From Thermoplasmatota archaeon (GTDB lineage Archaea > Thermoplasmatota > E2 > DHVEG-1), in contig JAGXLH010000001.1 in assembly GCA_018334795.1 (NCBI GenBank), positions 1 to 36,130 of the forward strand: a stretch of 36,130 nt of DNA. Direction: 5' to 3'. Positions within the stretch are counted from its first letter, which is position 1. Every line of letters starts with the position of its first letter. Made by a program: the position numbers and the translations under genes. Of this stretch, positions 21,199 through 35,323 are shown piece after piece. The notes under the pieces were generated by a model. It made no database searches and had not been told where the DNA came from. It saw only the letters and a program-made list of their open reading frames with translations.

Positions 21199-21207
21199 GG
21201 GTGTAGT

Positions 21208-21660
21208 TTACTGATTGTGGATATGCTCTGATAGCATATCTGCAATTTCTTTTAAAAATAGATCATCTTCTTTGGTGAACGCATTTTTAGTATCTGAATC
21301 AATATCGATTTCTCCAATCGTTTTAGAATTTCTTTTTATTGGAACGACGATTTCAGATCGTGTTGAAATAAAACAGGATAAATATCGGTTATCTGCATGT
21401 ACATCTGAAACGATTTCGGTTTTACCGGTTTTTGCAGCTGCACCACAGATACCTTTTCCAATAGGGATTTTTGTATGTTCTGTCGCCTGATCTCCTCTCC
21501 AGGCCCCTAAATGTAAATAGTTATCTTTGACCATATAGATACCTACCCATGAATACACTTCAAAATTTGATTGAAGGAAATCAACCACTTGTTGAACAGG
21601 GTTTTCTTTGTTTTTCATTAGAATCTGTTTTATTTTTCGTTTTGCTTCATCTTTATCCAT
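21208..21660 (-). CDS. GAF-domain protein, free methionine-(R)-sulfoxide reductase (fRMsr/MsrC)-like
   Basis: 150 aa. WVGIYMV...IPIGKGICGAAAKTGKTEIVSDVHADNRYLSCFISTRSEIVVPI..GEIDIDS matches the G.CG.a....t..V.DV......C...s.SEivvPi....G.lDiDS pattern. Confidence 0.7.
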   Translation of the reverse strand: MDKDEAKRKIKQILMKNKENPVQQVVDFLQSNFEVYSWVGIYMVKDNYLHLGAWRGDQATEHTKIPIGKGICGAAAKTGKTEIVSDVHADNRYLSCFISTRSEIVVPIKRNSKTIGEIDIDSDTKNAFTKEDDLFLKEIADMLSEHIHNQ

Positions 21661-21868
21661 CTGCTAATCCTCACAGTTATTATTTTTATGTTTGTAAATC
21701 TGCATTTCTGATCCGCAATACTAGTTAGTATAGTATTTGTTCATCAGATATTTATGAAGCCAAATTTTTCACATTTTACATGTGATTAGCCTGCTTCAGC
21801 ACCAGATTTAATCACATTCACAATGTCAATATTTTAGTTAGTATTCTATCCTTTTTCATAAACACTAT

Positions 21869-23080
21869 TTATGTTTCTTTTTTTGAAGATAATCCTATTT
21901 TTAACTGTGGTTCTTCCCATGGAATAGTGACAGAACCATAATTTCCTCCACCGCCAGGATGAAAATGAACGGTCGCATTACGAAATGAATGAATTGCTTC
22001 TGCAAGTGCAGCTGGACCGATTTTTGAAAGGTCTTCAGTAGGAGTTGATAGTAAAGTATTGATTTCATTTCCAAAAATATTAATCAGTTTATGCCACTCT
22101 TCGTTTACCCGGTTAGTAAATGGATTTTGTTCATGATATACACGGGTGATGATCTCATGCAGTGGTAAAAATGAAGCATATTGTGGCCGGTGAATAGGAT
22201 GTTGAGATGGTCGATAGGATGATTTTTTATCAATTACATCTGTAACTCCTTGTTTTATTCTACCACCACAGGAACATTTCCATTGTTGTTCTGAAGCTTG
22301 ATAAAAAGAATACCTCATATGACATTTTTTACAAGCAGTATCAAAATATTTACCTTCTTCCGGGGGAATACCAACGTTTAATACCGGTTTGTTTCCATTT
22401 TGTCGTTTGATTGCAAATGCTAATTCATTAAACGTTGGTTTTTTCACTTTAAACTGGGTGAATTCTCTTGCTAACCGTATTGGGTGGGGATTATGAGTAT
22501 CTGAATTAGAAAGAAATGTAAACTTATGCAATTCATTGATTTTATCAGCTAAGTACGTATTCGATGCTAGTCCCAATTCTATAAAATGAATGGAGGGAGT
22601 CATATGCTGGTAGCAATCTTGGATGGAATCGTATTTTGTATATGCTCCTGAAAAAGTATCGAAAAGATGAGCTGGGCCAATTAAAGCTCCAACCTCAACG
22701 GCATGTTCTGCAGCATCGGCACTCATTAATTCAATTTTTGGTCGGCCATGTTTTGAAATATCAGGTGCATAAGGTTTGATACGCTCACGGAATTCAGTGG
22801 TTGCAGTAGCATCAGGAAATAAAACGAGATGATGAATGTGATCTTTTGTTTCAATTTCAGCGGTAAGAACAAATCGTGTATCTTCATATTGGTAAGTTCC
22901 GGAATCAACCTCTGTTAATTGTTGAATTTCTTGCATCCATCGTGGATGTAAACAATCTCCAGTTCCTAAAAGTTGAATACCTTTTAATTTCGCGTTTAAG
23001 GAGAATTGTTGTAGTGATATTGGTGTATCCAATCGTTTGGTGTAAGGTGAATGAAGATGTAAATCTGCTGAAATAATCAT
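21869..23080 (-). CDS. endoQ: Endonuclease Q (PHP-domain + zinc-finger, deaminated-base endonuclease; TIGR00375 family)
   Basis: MIISADLHLHSPYT, GTGDCLHPRW, HHLVLFP, GRPKI, IGPAHLFD, IELGLAS, LSNSDTHNPHPIRLAREF, C..C....WKCSCGGRIKQGV, PGGGGNYG. These run collinear with Pyrococcus EndoQ as I recall it. The track start at 23125 is TTG; the ATG at 23078-23080 gives the canonical N-terminus. Confidence 0.85.
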   Translation of the reverse strand: MIISADLHLHSPYTKRLDTPISLQQFSLNAKLKGIQLLGTGDCLHPRWMQEIQQLTEVDSGTYQYEDTRFVLTAEIETKDHIHHLVLFPDATATTEFRERIKPYAPDISKHGRPKIELMSADAAEHAVEVGALIGPAHLFDTFSGAYTKYDSIQDCYQHMTPSIHFIELGLASNTYLADKINELHKFTFLSNSDTHNPHPIRLAREFTQFKVKKPTFNELAFAIKRQNGNKPVLNVGIPPEEGKYFDTACKKCHMRYSFYQASEQQWKCSCGGRIKQGVTDVIDKKSSYRPSQHPIHRPQYASFLPLHEIITRVYHEQNPFTNRVNEEWHKLINIFGNEINTLLSTPTEDLSKIGPAALAEAIHSFRNATVHFHPGGGGNYGSVTIPWEEPQLKIGLSSKKET

Positions 23081-23525
23081 ATCATCATGAAACCCTTTTT
23101 CTATAGGAAAATGGGCAGATAACAACTAATTCATCTCTCACTTTGAAGATGTATGAAAAAGGATGAGTTATGCACTATTAACATACTTTAGATTACATTG
23201 GAAGCTGTAGTATGATGGTGAATAGTAAGCTCACCCTTTTCTCTTCTGAATTGTAATTTTTTTTCGGTACCCATTTACCCATATTATGAAACGGGATTAT
23301 GCTATTAAAAATTTCCATTTCTTTTACAATTTTTTTTTTAAAAGATAAATGCAGTTATTCTCCTTACATCTCCACATGCTAATAGTAATGTTTATTAGGA
23401 GAGAATTGATATGCTCTTTAATAAATTGTACCCTTATTGAGATGGGATGAAAAAAGGAACCAAAATCGATATGAAAATTGAGTAAATGTACTGTGATAAT
23501 TATTGATTATTTTATTGTGAAGTGA

Positions 23526-26750
<3,225 letters not shown>

Positions 26751-26765
26751 TGTGGTGGTAATTGT

Positions 26766-29306
26766 ATGACTGATGAAAATGTGAATAAACAACGGAATCG
26801 TGCTATTGAATCTGAGATGAAACGAGCATTCATTGATTATTCGATGAGTGTGATTATGAGTCGGGCGCTTCCTGATGTTCGTGATGGTTTGAAACCAGTA
26901 CATCGAAGAGTTTTATATGCAATGCATGACATGGGACTTACATATAATAAATCTCACAAGAAATCTGCTCGTGTTGTTGGTGAAGCTTTGGGTAAATACC
27001 ATCCTCATGGTGATCAGTCTGTTTATGACACCATGGTAAGGATGGCTCAAGATTTTTCGTTACGCTATCAGTTAGTTGATGGTCAGGGTAATTTTGGGAG
27101 TGTTGATGGTGATTCCGCTGCAGCTATGCGTTATACCGAGGCAAGATTAGCTAAGATTTCTCAGTTGATGCTTGAAGATATTAAAAAAGAAACGGTGGAT
27201 TGGGCAGATAATTTTGATGGTTCACTTCAGGAACCTGTGGTGTTACCTGCTAAACTTCCGAATTTACTGATTAATGGATCGTCAGGTATTGCGGTTGGGA
27301 TGGCAACGAATATGCCACCGCATAATCTAAATGAAGTCGTTGATGGAATAGTTAGGATTATTGATGATCCATATTGTTCGATTCCTGATTTGATGGAGGT
27401 TATTAGTGGACCGGATTTTCCAACGGGTGGTATTATTTATGGTAAAGGTGGTATTTTACAAGCGTATACTTCTGGTAAAGGATTGATTAAGCTTCGAGCG
27501 CGGACTCATGTTGAAGAAAAAGATAAGAGAAAAAGAATCATCGTTACTGAGATTCCGTATCAGGTGAACAAATCGAAGTTATTGCAGCATATTGCTGAAC
27601 TGGTGAAACAGAAACGGCTTGAGGGTATTTCTGATCTTCGTGATGAAAGTGATCGGAATGGTATGCGGATTGTTATTGAATTGAAACGTGATGCAATTGA
27701 GGATGTGGTGTTGAATCTGTTGTTTCGGCATACTCAGCTTCAGACTACTTTTGGCATTAATAATTTAGCATTGGTTGATGGTGAACCTAAATTTTTAGGA
27801 TTAAGGGATTTATTGCAGCATTATGTGGATTATCGGGTGGAAGTAATCACTCGTAAAACGATTTATGAATTAAATAAAGCGAAAGCAAGAATGCATATTC
27901 TTGAAGGATTAATGATAGCCTTAGATCATATTGATGCAGTGATTGCACTTATTCGGAATAGTAAGGATGCTGATGAAGCAAAAACGGGGTTGATGGAAGA
28001 ATTTGAATTGTCTGAAAAACAAGCGAAAGCGATTCTTGATATGAGATTGCAGAAGTTAACCGGTCTTGAAATTGAGTCAGTTAAATCTGAATATGAAGAG
28101 GTAAACGCATTAATCGAACAATTAGACTTATTATTGAGTGATAAACAACATATCCTTGATGAAATCAAACGTGAACTTTTAGAGATGAAGGACACTTTTG
28201 GTGATGAACGAAGATCTGATATTGTTGAAGGAGAGATTACGGTTGAAACTGAAGATCTTATTCCAGTGCAAGATGTGATTGTAACCATTACTGATAGTGG
28301 GTATATTAAACGGATTTCTTGTGATACATATCGGGTGCAGCATCGTGGTGGTAAAGGACTTATTGGAATGAAAACCAAGGAGGAAGATGTGGTCGTGGAT
28401 TCGTTTATGACCTCTACTCACGATTACATCATGTTTTTTACGAATCATGGAAAAGCATTTTGGTTGAAAGGATATAAGATTCCTGAAGGTAGCCGCCATT
28501 CTAAAGGTAAAGCTATTGTGAATTTGTTACCACGGCTTGATAAAGATGAATTCGTGCAAACCGCTATTCCAATTCATGAGTTTGATGATGATCATTTCTT
28601 AGTGTTTTCAACAAAGAAAGGACTGATTAAGAAAACAGTGCTTTCTGCCTATCAGAATGTGCGAGTGAATGGTATTAGGGCAGTGAAATTAGAAGATGAT
28701 GATGAACTTGTTGGTACTCGTTTATCTGATGGATCACAAACAATCATGCTTGCAACAGCTAAAGGTCAAGCTTGTCGGTTTGATGAAACTGAGGTGCGAC
28801 CGATGGGACGAGTTACTCGTGGTGTGATCGGGGTTCGTTTGAATCCTAAGGATTATGTTGTTTCTGTAGCAATTGTTGGTGAGGAGGGTGACTTGTTGAC
28901 CATTACCGAGAATGGTTTTGGGAAACGTACTCTTATTTCAGAGTATCGAAAAACCCATCGTGGTGGTAAGGGAGTGCGCACGATTATTACCAATGAACGA
29001 AATGGTCATGTAATCTTTGTTCGTGAACTTACAGATGAAGATGAGATTATGTTGACCAGTAGGGATGGTATGGTGGTTCGTATTCCTGTTAAAGATATTC
29101 GCAGACAGGGTCGTAATACGATGGGTGTTAGAGTGATGCGGTTGAACGAGGGTGATTCGGTTGTATCGGTGGCAAAGATGGTTGAATCCTCTGATGAAAA
29201 TGAGGATGAGGGATTTTGTGAACCTGATAGTGAAGATGAAGCGTCTGATGAATCTTCTGTTGAATCTGAAGGATCTGAATCTAGTGAAGAAAAAACAGAT
29301 GAGTAA
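26766..29306 (+). CDS. gyrA: DNA gyrase subunit A
   Basis: Catalytic region [10 protein letters not shown], GyrA box QHRGGKG (distinguishes gyrase from topo IV), six-bladed CTD repeats, and a D/E/S-rich tail of about 45 aa. Confidence 0.95.
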   Translation: MTDENVNKQRNRAIESEMKRAFIDYSMSVIMSRALPDVRDGLKPVHRRVLYAMHDMGLTYNKSHKKSARVVGEALGKYHPHGDQSVYDTMVRMAQDFSLRYQLVDGQGNFGSVDGDSAAAMRYTEARLAKISQLMLEDIKKETVDWADNFDGSLQEPVVLPAKLPNLLINGSSGIAVGMATNMPPHNLNEVVDGIVRIIDDPYCSIPDLMEVISGPDFPTGGIIYGKGGILQAYTSGKGLIKLRARTHVEEKDKRKRIIVTEIPYQVNKSKLLQHIAELVKQKRLEGISDLRDESDRNGMRIVIELKRDAIEDVVLNLLFRHTQLQTTFGINNLALVDGEPKFLGLRDLLQHYVDYRVEVITRKTIYELNKAKARMHILEGLMIALDHIDAVIALIRNSKDADEAKTGLMEEFELSEKQAKAILDMRLQKLTGLEIESVKSEYEEVNALIEQLDLLLSDKQHILDEIKRELLEMKDTFGDERRSDIVEGEITVETEDLIPVQDVIVTITDSGYIKRISCDTYRVQHRGGKGLIGMKTKEEDVVVDSFMTSTHDYIMFFTNHGKAFWLKGYKIPEGSRHSKGKAIVNLLPRLDKDEFVQTAIPIHEFDDDHFLVFSTKKGLIKKTVLSAYQNVRVNGIRAVKLEDDDELVGTRLSDGSQTIMLATAKGQACRFDETEVRPMGRVTRGVIGVRLNPKDYVVSVAIVGEEGDLLTITENGFGKRTLISEYRKTHRGGKGVRTIITNERNGHVIFVRELTDEDEIMLTSRDGMVVRIPVKDIRRQGRNTMGVRVMRLNEGDSVVSVAKMVESSDENEDEGFCEPDSEDEASDESSVESEGSESSEEKTDE

Positions 29307-29337
29307 AAATAGTTTTACTCATTTTTTATTATTTTTT

Positions 29338-32151
29338 TTAGTTTAGTGGTTGATATGGATTGAATGCTGGATCGCCGTAAAGAGTGAATTCATGGACTGC
29401 GACGTATTTTTTGGCTAGTGCACGGGTTTCTTCAAAAATCTGAGGTTGTGGTTCTTGATTTTGTGATGACGGTTCGATGAAGTCGGGTATTGCTGAACTC
29501 ATAAGTGGTGGTGTCCAGTAAAACGTGGAATTTGCATCTTTAGGAAGATATTGGTTTTTTGCATCTCTTAAGGCCCTACCGGTTGTTGAATCATCACGAA
29601 TGAGACTAATAATGAAATCTTCTCCGAGAACGGCACCAAAATGAAAATCAGGATACTCATTTTTAACCAAATAGTTAAAGGTTGCTTTTAATAAGCCTAA
29701 GGTTCCAATTCCCCATCCACCTGGAAATGGTCGTGGATCTAGATATCCTGGATCTGCAGTAACCCGAGTTGCTCCAACATAAGCATTTATTCCAGCATGA
29801 AGAAATGTTTGTGAAATAGTGTTTTCTGGTTCTAATCCATCTGTTCTTCCAGTGATACAACTTACCACAAACATAACTGATGGCCCGTATTCCATATCAT
29901 GTACTGATCGGATGTCAAATGCTCCTTTTGCATTCAATCCACTTCCAAGTGGTGGAAAGATTCGGGCTAGTGGGGAGATCAATGGTATTCCCCGTGCATC
30001 CACAAGAATATCTCCGTGTTCGAAAAGATTAAATGAACCGTGAGCAAACGTAAATATGAGATTACTGTTGATATGGTCTTCTGCTCCCGTAACTTTTGTA
30101 TCTGAAGAAAGAAATGAAACCATTTTACTTGGAAATAAGATTCTATTAAGAAGTCCCGTTTGTTCGATGAGATCAATATCTTCTTTTGAAAATCCTTCTC
30201 GTTGAGATGCTGCTAAAAAGGTTCCCTTTACCTCCATAAAACCAGTTTCTAACGTATCCTGAAGGCGTAAGTTAATAAATGTGCTTTCACCAGTAGGGAA
30301 TTTTGTTGGTTCTCCTCTACCACCATACAAAAGATGGCTAAGTCGAGTGAGTACTGGTAAGTTTTGGAATTCAAGGCCACAACCTGTTGAAACTAATGCA
30401 TTATCTTTCCAATCATCATATCCTTTTAGTAACGTATCGTAAAACACAGTTCGTGCGATCAGAGCACTAGCATCCTGAACATCATACCCAGTTACTCTTC
30501 CTATGATGTTTTCTTGGTATGGCCAGTAACTATAAGAATTATTTTCAATGTCATCTGGTTTAGGATCGATATCTGCATAAATGAAATCACTGGGAAGCGC
30601 AAAACCGCTCATATATGCCGCATTGTTATCTGGCATTCCATCAGGGTTTTTGTAGTAATACATGGGTATCATGGTAGGATCGGCAGTGATTGCTATGTTA
30701 ATTGGATTTTTTTTGTAATGATTTCGTAGTTGCTGAAGGGAACTTATAGGTATATCTGCAAGTATTGCTAACAGTTGATTTACTTCTTCATGGATTTGTA
30801 ATGTGTGCTGGTTGGCCGTTTCAATTAATTGCGGATTAGATCCAGGTTGCGTAATCCCTGGGCATTGCTCACCATTGTTAAGAACATCATCATCTGCAGC
30901 GAATGCATATTCTGGTTTTGCAAGAATAATTCCTTGATGATACGCGGTTAAATAAGGAGCAATCATTGATAGTTTATCCATCAATGGAACTATCGGGTTG
31001 TCAAGTTTTTCAACAGTGATTTCTAGATCATAGGATCCTGATTGTGCTCCAAACCATTTTCCAAAAAGTTGAACTTGGTATTCACCAGGTTTATTATAAA
31101 TCGTGGTTTCAAAATGAATTTGATCCTGAATGATATCTCCTTGATTATTTCGAACAGGAATTCCGCCCATTGTTCCATCATACAGATAATTGATTCCTTC
31201 TGGACTTTTCATTAGAAAAACAATTTCATCTCCTAACTCACTTACATATTCTGAATTTTTGTTTTCAATGGTAATACTTACTTGAGCATATTTATAATTC
31301 GATGGAATGGTGAATGGATGAGTTGCTGCATTTCCTTTGGTTATCATACCAATAAGTTGAGATGGTAAAAATGCAGTTGATCCAACAGTTCCACTATAAG
31401 AATACTCAGTTGAATCAAGAACAGTTGGTTTGGTTACATCCAATGGATTTGCTAGGGTTAGATATTCAATTGGTTGGTTAAACGTCTGTTCATGAACTAT
31501 GATGAGTTCTTGATGAATATCCTCCATGGTGTTAAGAAGGCTTGTAGAAACATTAAATGAGGGATCTATGTTGAGATCTCCACAAACATATATTTTGTTT
31601 GTTTCTAATTCTGTTAACACATTTTTAATTTCGGAATCAAAAGAAGAAGTGATAAGAATTGGAATGTTTAAATACGAAGCAATTGGGGTGGCTAAAACTC
31701 CTAGATTATAGCCTTGTTGATCTTGTTTGATTATCATAACTGTTGGACTTGTTTCCCAAAATGTTTCAGCAACAAATAATGATGCATCTTTTGCAGAGAA
31801 CACATTTCCAATCACTAAATCCGTAAGAATTCCTAGTTCTCCCTCTGTTCTCAGAATAGTAGACGAAGGATTGGTGAAATTTTTCACATAAAAAGGTATC
31901 ACATTTTGTTGGCCGCTAGCATCATAATGAACAGCTAATGGGGTTGCAAGAAGTGCGTAAAAGGGATTTGCATCTGAAACGGTAACTGCTGTTGGTCTTG
32001 TTGCACTGATAACTGAAGGAATCGGATCAGTAAACACTGGTGCTATATTTTCATTTTGTTCAGCTAATCCTGCAAACGTGGCAAATCCAAGTGAGGAGAT
32101 AACAAGAACAAGGCTTAATACACTATTGAAAAGTTTTTGCCGGTTTTTCAT
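29338..32151 (-). CDS. Secreted peptidase C25 (gingipain-like, clan CD) with two N-terminal CWB2-like repeats
   Basis: Signal peptide MKNRQKLFNSVLSLVLVISSLGFATFAG. C25-type pattern ITADPTMIPMYYY, SDFIYADIDP, IIGRVTGYDVQDASALIARTVFYD. Catalytic His in IFTFAHGS (30040-30042) and Cys in MFVVSCITG (29857-29859). N-terminal LGVLATPIASYLNIPILITS...NKIYVCGD resembles cell-wall-binding repeat 2. Confidence 0.75.
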   Translation of the reverse strand: MKNRQKLFNSVLSLVLVISSLGFATFAGLAEQNENIAPVFTDPIPSVISATRPTAVTVSDANPFYALLATPLAVHYDASGQQNVIPFYVKNFTNPSSTILRTEGELGILTDLVIGNVFSAKDASLFVAETFWETSPTVMIIKQDQQGYNLGVLATPIASYLNIPILITSSFDSEIKNVLTELETNKIYVCGDLNIDPSFNVSTSLLNTMEDIHQELIIVHEQTFNQPIEYLTLANPLDVTKPTVLDSTEYSYSGTVGSTAFLPSQLIGMITKGNAATHPFTIPSNYKYAQVSITIENKNSEYVSELGDEIVFLMKSPEGINYLYDGTMGGIPVRNNQGDIIQDQIHFETTIYNKPGEYQVQLFGKWFGAQSGSYDLEITVEKLDNPIVPLMDKLSMIAPYLTAYHQGIILAKPEYAFAADDDVLNNGEQCPGITQPGSNPQLIETANQHTLQIHEEVNQLLAILADIPISSLQQLRNHYKKNPINIAITADPTMIPMYYYKNPDGMPDNNAAYMSGFALPSDFIYADIDPKPDDIENNSYSYWPYQENIIGRVTGYDVQDASALIARTVFYDTLLKGYDDWKDNALVSTGCGLEFQNLPVLTRLSHLLYGGRGEPTKFPTGESTFINLRLQDTLETGFMEVKGTFLAASQREGFSKEDIDLIEQTGLLNRILFPSKMVSFLSSDTKVTGAEDHINSNLIFTFAHGSFNLFEHGDILVDARGIPLISPLARIFPPLGSGLNAKGAFDIRSVHDMEYGPSVMFVVSCITGRTDGLEPENTISQTFLHAGINAYVGATRVTADPGYLDPRPFPGGWGIGTLGLLKATFNYLVKNEYPDFHFGAVLGEDFIISLIRDDSTTGRALRDAKNQYLPKDANSTFYWTPPLMSSAIPDFIEPSSQNQEPQPQIFEETRALAKKYVAVHEFTLYGDPAFNPYQPLN

Positions 32152-32237
32152 AACGGTTCACAATCACTAATAATATTATAATCTATTATTTATTTAAAAG
32201 TTATGAATGGTAGGAAAAAAGAGTAACAAAAAAATGA

Positions 32238-35072
32238 TTAAGAAAATTGATTCGCTGGTTCATACGGATTAAAAGCAGGATCCCCAAACACATTATATTC
32301 TAACTGACACGTATATTTCTTTTCCATACGAGTAAGATCACCATTGGAAGAAGATCTCATGTTATCTAAAAGAAAATCTAAATCTTGTTGAGTGTTAAGT
32401 TGTAATGATAATGGTGGCGTCCAGAAAAACTCTGAATCAGCATCATCCATGAATTGATTTCTAGCATTACGAAACGCAGTTCCAACATCTACATCGTCCT
32501 TAGTCAAATCCGTAAACATATCTGACGCGATTAATCCTGAGAAATGAGGCTCTTGTAAATCTGGGTTTCTTGTGGTTTTCCATAATTCAATTAAGCCTAA
32601 TCCCTTTGGTCTTGCACGAGCATCAAGATAACCTGGACCTGGGGAACCTCTAGATGACGCAATAAATGAATTTACTCCCGCATGTAAATATGCTTGACTT
32701 GTCGTACTTTTTGCAGGAAATCCATCAATACGACCAATATAACAACTCTCAACGAATACAACAGAGGGACCCATATCCATATTTTCAACATATCTTACGT
32801 TATATCCACCGACATTTCCAAGCCCTGATGACAACTGCGGAGCAATAGCAAAGAAAAATCGGTTAATAAGATTTCGAACGATAACTGGACGAGATCCTAT
32901 TGAATTCGTTTGCACGTCTCCATGGGAATAGCCCATTGGTTGACCGTGACCAAATGAGAATATATAATTACTATTCATTTGATCTTCTCCACCCGTGATA
33001 TCATCAGCTCCAACAATTAATTTTGCTCTTGGTTTTGGGAATAATAAAAAGTTTAAAACGCCTAATCGATTAATTTCATTGATGACTTCATCAGATAATC
33101 CTTTTCTCATTGATTTAGCATTTTCAGTTGAAATGATATTGAAATCTCCAGGTTCTAAATGTTCTTGGATAATTAGATTTTGGAAATGAGCTTCACCAGT
33201 TGGCCACTTAAATGTTAAATCATGAGCTCCAAGTATTTTTCTTAAAAAATCAATCCCAGGCACTCGTTGAAAATCAGTTCCACTCCCAGTTTGAACAACC
33301 GCAGTATTCTTCCAGTCATCAAGAGATTCTACCACGTGTTCATAAAAAACTGTTCGTGCCACAAGTGCACTTGCATCTTGAGCATCCCAACCAGTAATCC
33401 TTCCTACAATGTTTTCTTGATGAGGATATTTTTCATCATAAGTTGATAAAAATTTATCCTTTGGATGAATGGATAGTTTATCATCCCGAGGTACTGGATC
33501 TATATTTCCATAAATGAAATCACTGGCTACATCCCATCCGTATTGAATGGTACATGCATCTGGTGTATCGTAATAATAATATTGTGGGATCATCCGTGCA
33601 TCACCGACTAAGGTGATGTACACCGGATTTTTATCATAGGACTGTTTCAAAAATTCAAGGTCATCTTCAGTTGTAATATTGAGTTGTCGAATTGATGCAA
33701 GAAGTTCATTTATTGATTCATGGATTCTAAAGGTATGTTCATTAGATTCATCAATCAACTCGGGATTTGATGCAGGGAACACAACTCCAGGATTTGGATT
33801 TTCAACAATTTGTTCATCACCTACAAAAGTAAAATCTGGATTTGCAAAAAGAATTCCTTTATGATATGCGGTTAAATAAGGAGCTATTGAAGAAAGTCCA
33901 GGCATATTTGGATAAATTGCACTTTCCATATGATCAACGGTGATATCAACTTCATAATCACCTTCTTTAGATGTGAGATATTGTCCAAATAGATTCAAAG
34001 AATATGTTCCAGGTTTATCATAAATAGTTGTTTCCCATGTGATTTGATCAGAAACAATATTTCCAGATGAATCTCGTTTTGGTATGCCTCCCACCGTAAA
34101 GGTTAGACCTAAATTGGTTCCATCTGGATCATAGAACATGGATTGGAGTTGACTACCGGTTTCATCAATATCTTCATCAACCAGATTTTCAGTATGAATG
34201 GTTACTCTTGAATACGTATAATCCTTAGGTATATCAAATTCATGTGATACTTGAAAGGGAGCGCCAATAGGCATATTAACTATATTTGTTGGTGTAAAAG
34301 AATTTGAACTAAGACTTCCTTCAAAATGATATTTAGTAGAATTAATAACTTTTGGTTCAAGGATATCAGATGGATTGGTAAGTGTAATGTACTCAATGTT
34401 TTGAAAACGATGTTTTACAATTAATCTGGTAAGATCTAATATATCTTCTGGCGATTCAAGATTGATTATTTGTTTTCCATATCCACCAATATCACCACAA
34501 GTAAAAATGTAATTTGTATCTAATTTTTTTAATGTTGATTGTACATCTTGATCCATTTCATCAGTAACAATAATTGGAATTCGTAAATACGTAGCAATAG
34601 GTGTTGCTGCGACACCAAGATTATACCCAGTTTGATTATTTTCTATAACAAGGGCAGCTTCACTTTGTTTCCAATAAGTCTCAGCAAGTTCCAATGATAT
34701 ATCTGTCACAGTTTTTGTTTGAGAACAGCCAATGGTGAGATCAGCTGGCATGCCAATCATTGATTCTGCTCTAGTAACTGCTCTTGAAGGATCTTCAAAG
34801 TTTTCAATAAATAATGGGACGATATGTTGTTTTGCATCATCAGTATAATGAACCGCTAGTGGGGTTGCCATAAGTGCAAAATATGGATTTTCATCTGATA
34901 CTTTGATAGCGGATGGAAGTGTGTCCTTGAATGTACCAGTAAAGGTAACGATGTCATCGGTCGTTGGAGTTCTAGACGTTACTTGACTAGTATCAAAAGT
35001 GGATATTCCAACGATTGCTACACCCAATATTACAAGACCTAAAATAATAATTAATTTGTCATTTTTATTCAT
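32238..35072 (-). CDS. Secreted/membrane-anchored peptidase C25 (gingipain-like), paralog of 29338..32151
   Basis: Collinear with its neighbour along the whole length (roughly half the residues identical by eye). TLVGDARMIPQYYYY, SDFIYGNIDP, IVGRITGWDAQDASALVARTVFYE. His in IFSFGHGQ (32946-32948), Cys in VVFVESCYIG (32742-32744). The track start at 35090 is TTG; the ATG at 35070-35072 gives MNKNDKLIIILGLVILGVAIVG. Confidence 0.75.
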   Translation of the reverse strand: MNKNDKLIIILGLVILGVAIVGISTFDTSQVTSRTPTTDDIVTFTGTFKDTLPSAIKVSDENPYFALMATPLAVHYTDDAKQHIVPLFIENFEDPSRAVTRAESMIGMPADLTIGCSQTKTVTDISLELAETYWKQSEAALVIENNQTGYNLGVAATPIATYLRIPIIVTDEMDQDVQSTLKKLDTNYIFTCGDIGGYGKQIINLESPEDILDLTRLIVKHRFQNIEYITLTNPSDILEPKVINSTKYHFEGSLSSNSFTPTNIVNMPIGAPFQVSHEFDIPKDYTYSRVTIHTENLVDEDIDETGSQLQSMFYDPDGTNLGLTFTVGGIPKRDSSGNIVSDQITWETTIYDKPGTYSLNLFGQYLTSKEGDYEVDITVDHMESAIYPNMPGLSSIAPYLTAYHKGILFANPDFTFVGDEQIVENPNPGVVFPASNPELIDESNEHTFRIHESINELLASIRQLNITTEDDLEFLKQSYDKNPVYITLVGDARMIPQYYYYDTPDACTIQYGWDVASDFIYGNIDPVPRDDKLSIHPKDKFLSTYDEKYPHQENIVGRITGWDAQDASALVARTVFYEHVVESLDDWKNTAVVQTGSGTDFQRVPGIDFLRKILGAHDLTFKWPTGEAHFQNLIIQEHLEPGDFNIISTENAKSMRKGLSDEVINEINRLGVLNFLLFPKPRAKLIVGADDITGGEDQMNSNYIFSFGHGQPMGYSHGDVQTNSIGSRPVIVRNLINRFFFAIAPQLSSGLGNVGGYNVRYVENMDMGPSVVFVESCYIGRIDGFPAKSTTSQAYLHAGVNSFIASSRGSPGPGYLDARARPKGLGLIELWKTTRNPDLQEPHFSGLIASDMFTDLTKDDVDVGTAFRNARNQFMDDADSEFFWTPPLSLQLNTQQDLDFLLDNMRSSSNGDLTRMEKKYTCQLEYNVFGDPAFNPYEPANQFS

Positions 35073-35275
35073 ACTTTGAGGTTCCCCCAAATGAACAATA
35101 AGATTGTGATAACTCTGTATATTTATATTACTCTATATAATGTTTTTCATTAGATAATTTTAAGGAATATTATTTATTATTTACATCTTTTTATTTTTTA
35201 TGTGTGCTACACAAAAGTAAGCATATTTAAGCATCAATTTTATTATTTAAGAGCATCATCATGCTGTTCAATACA

Positions 35276-35283
35276 TTTAAAAA
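35276..35283 (+). promoter_or_regulatory. Candidate TATA box (TTTAAAAA) for the prefoldin gene
   Basis: Lies 41-48 nt upstream of the ATG. A GGTGA Shine-Dalgarno-like element lies 8-12 nt before the start. Confidence 0.35.
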
Positions 35284-35323
35284 CCCTTTGGATTATTATG
35301 GCTAACGCTTAGGTGAAAGTATT

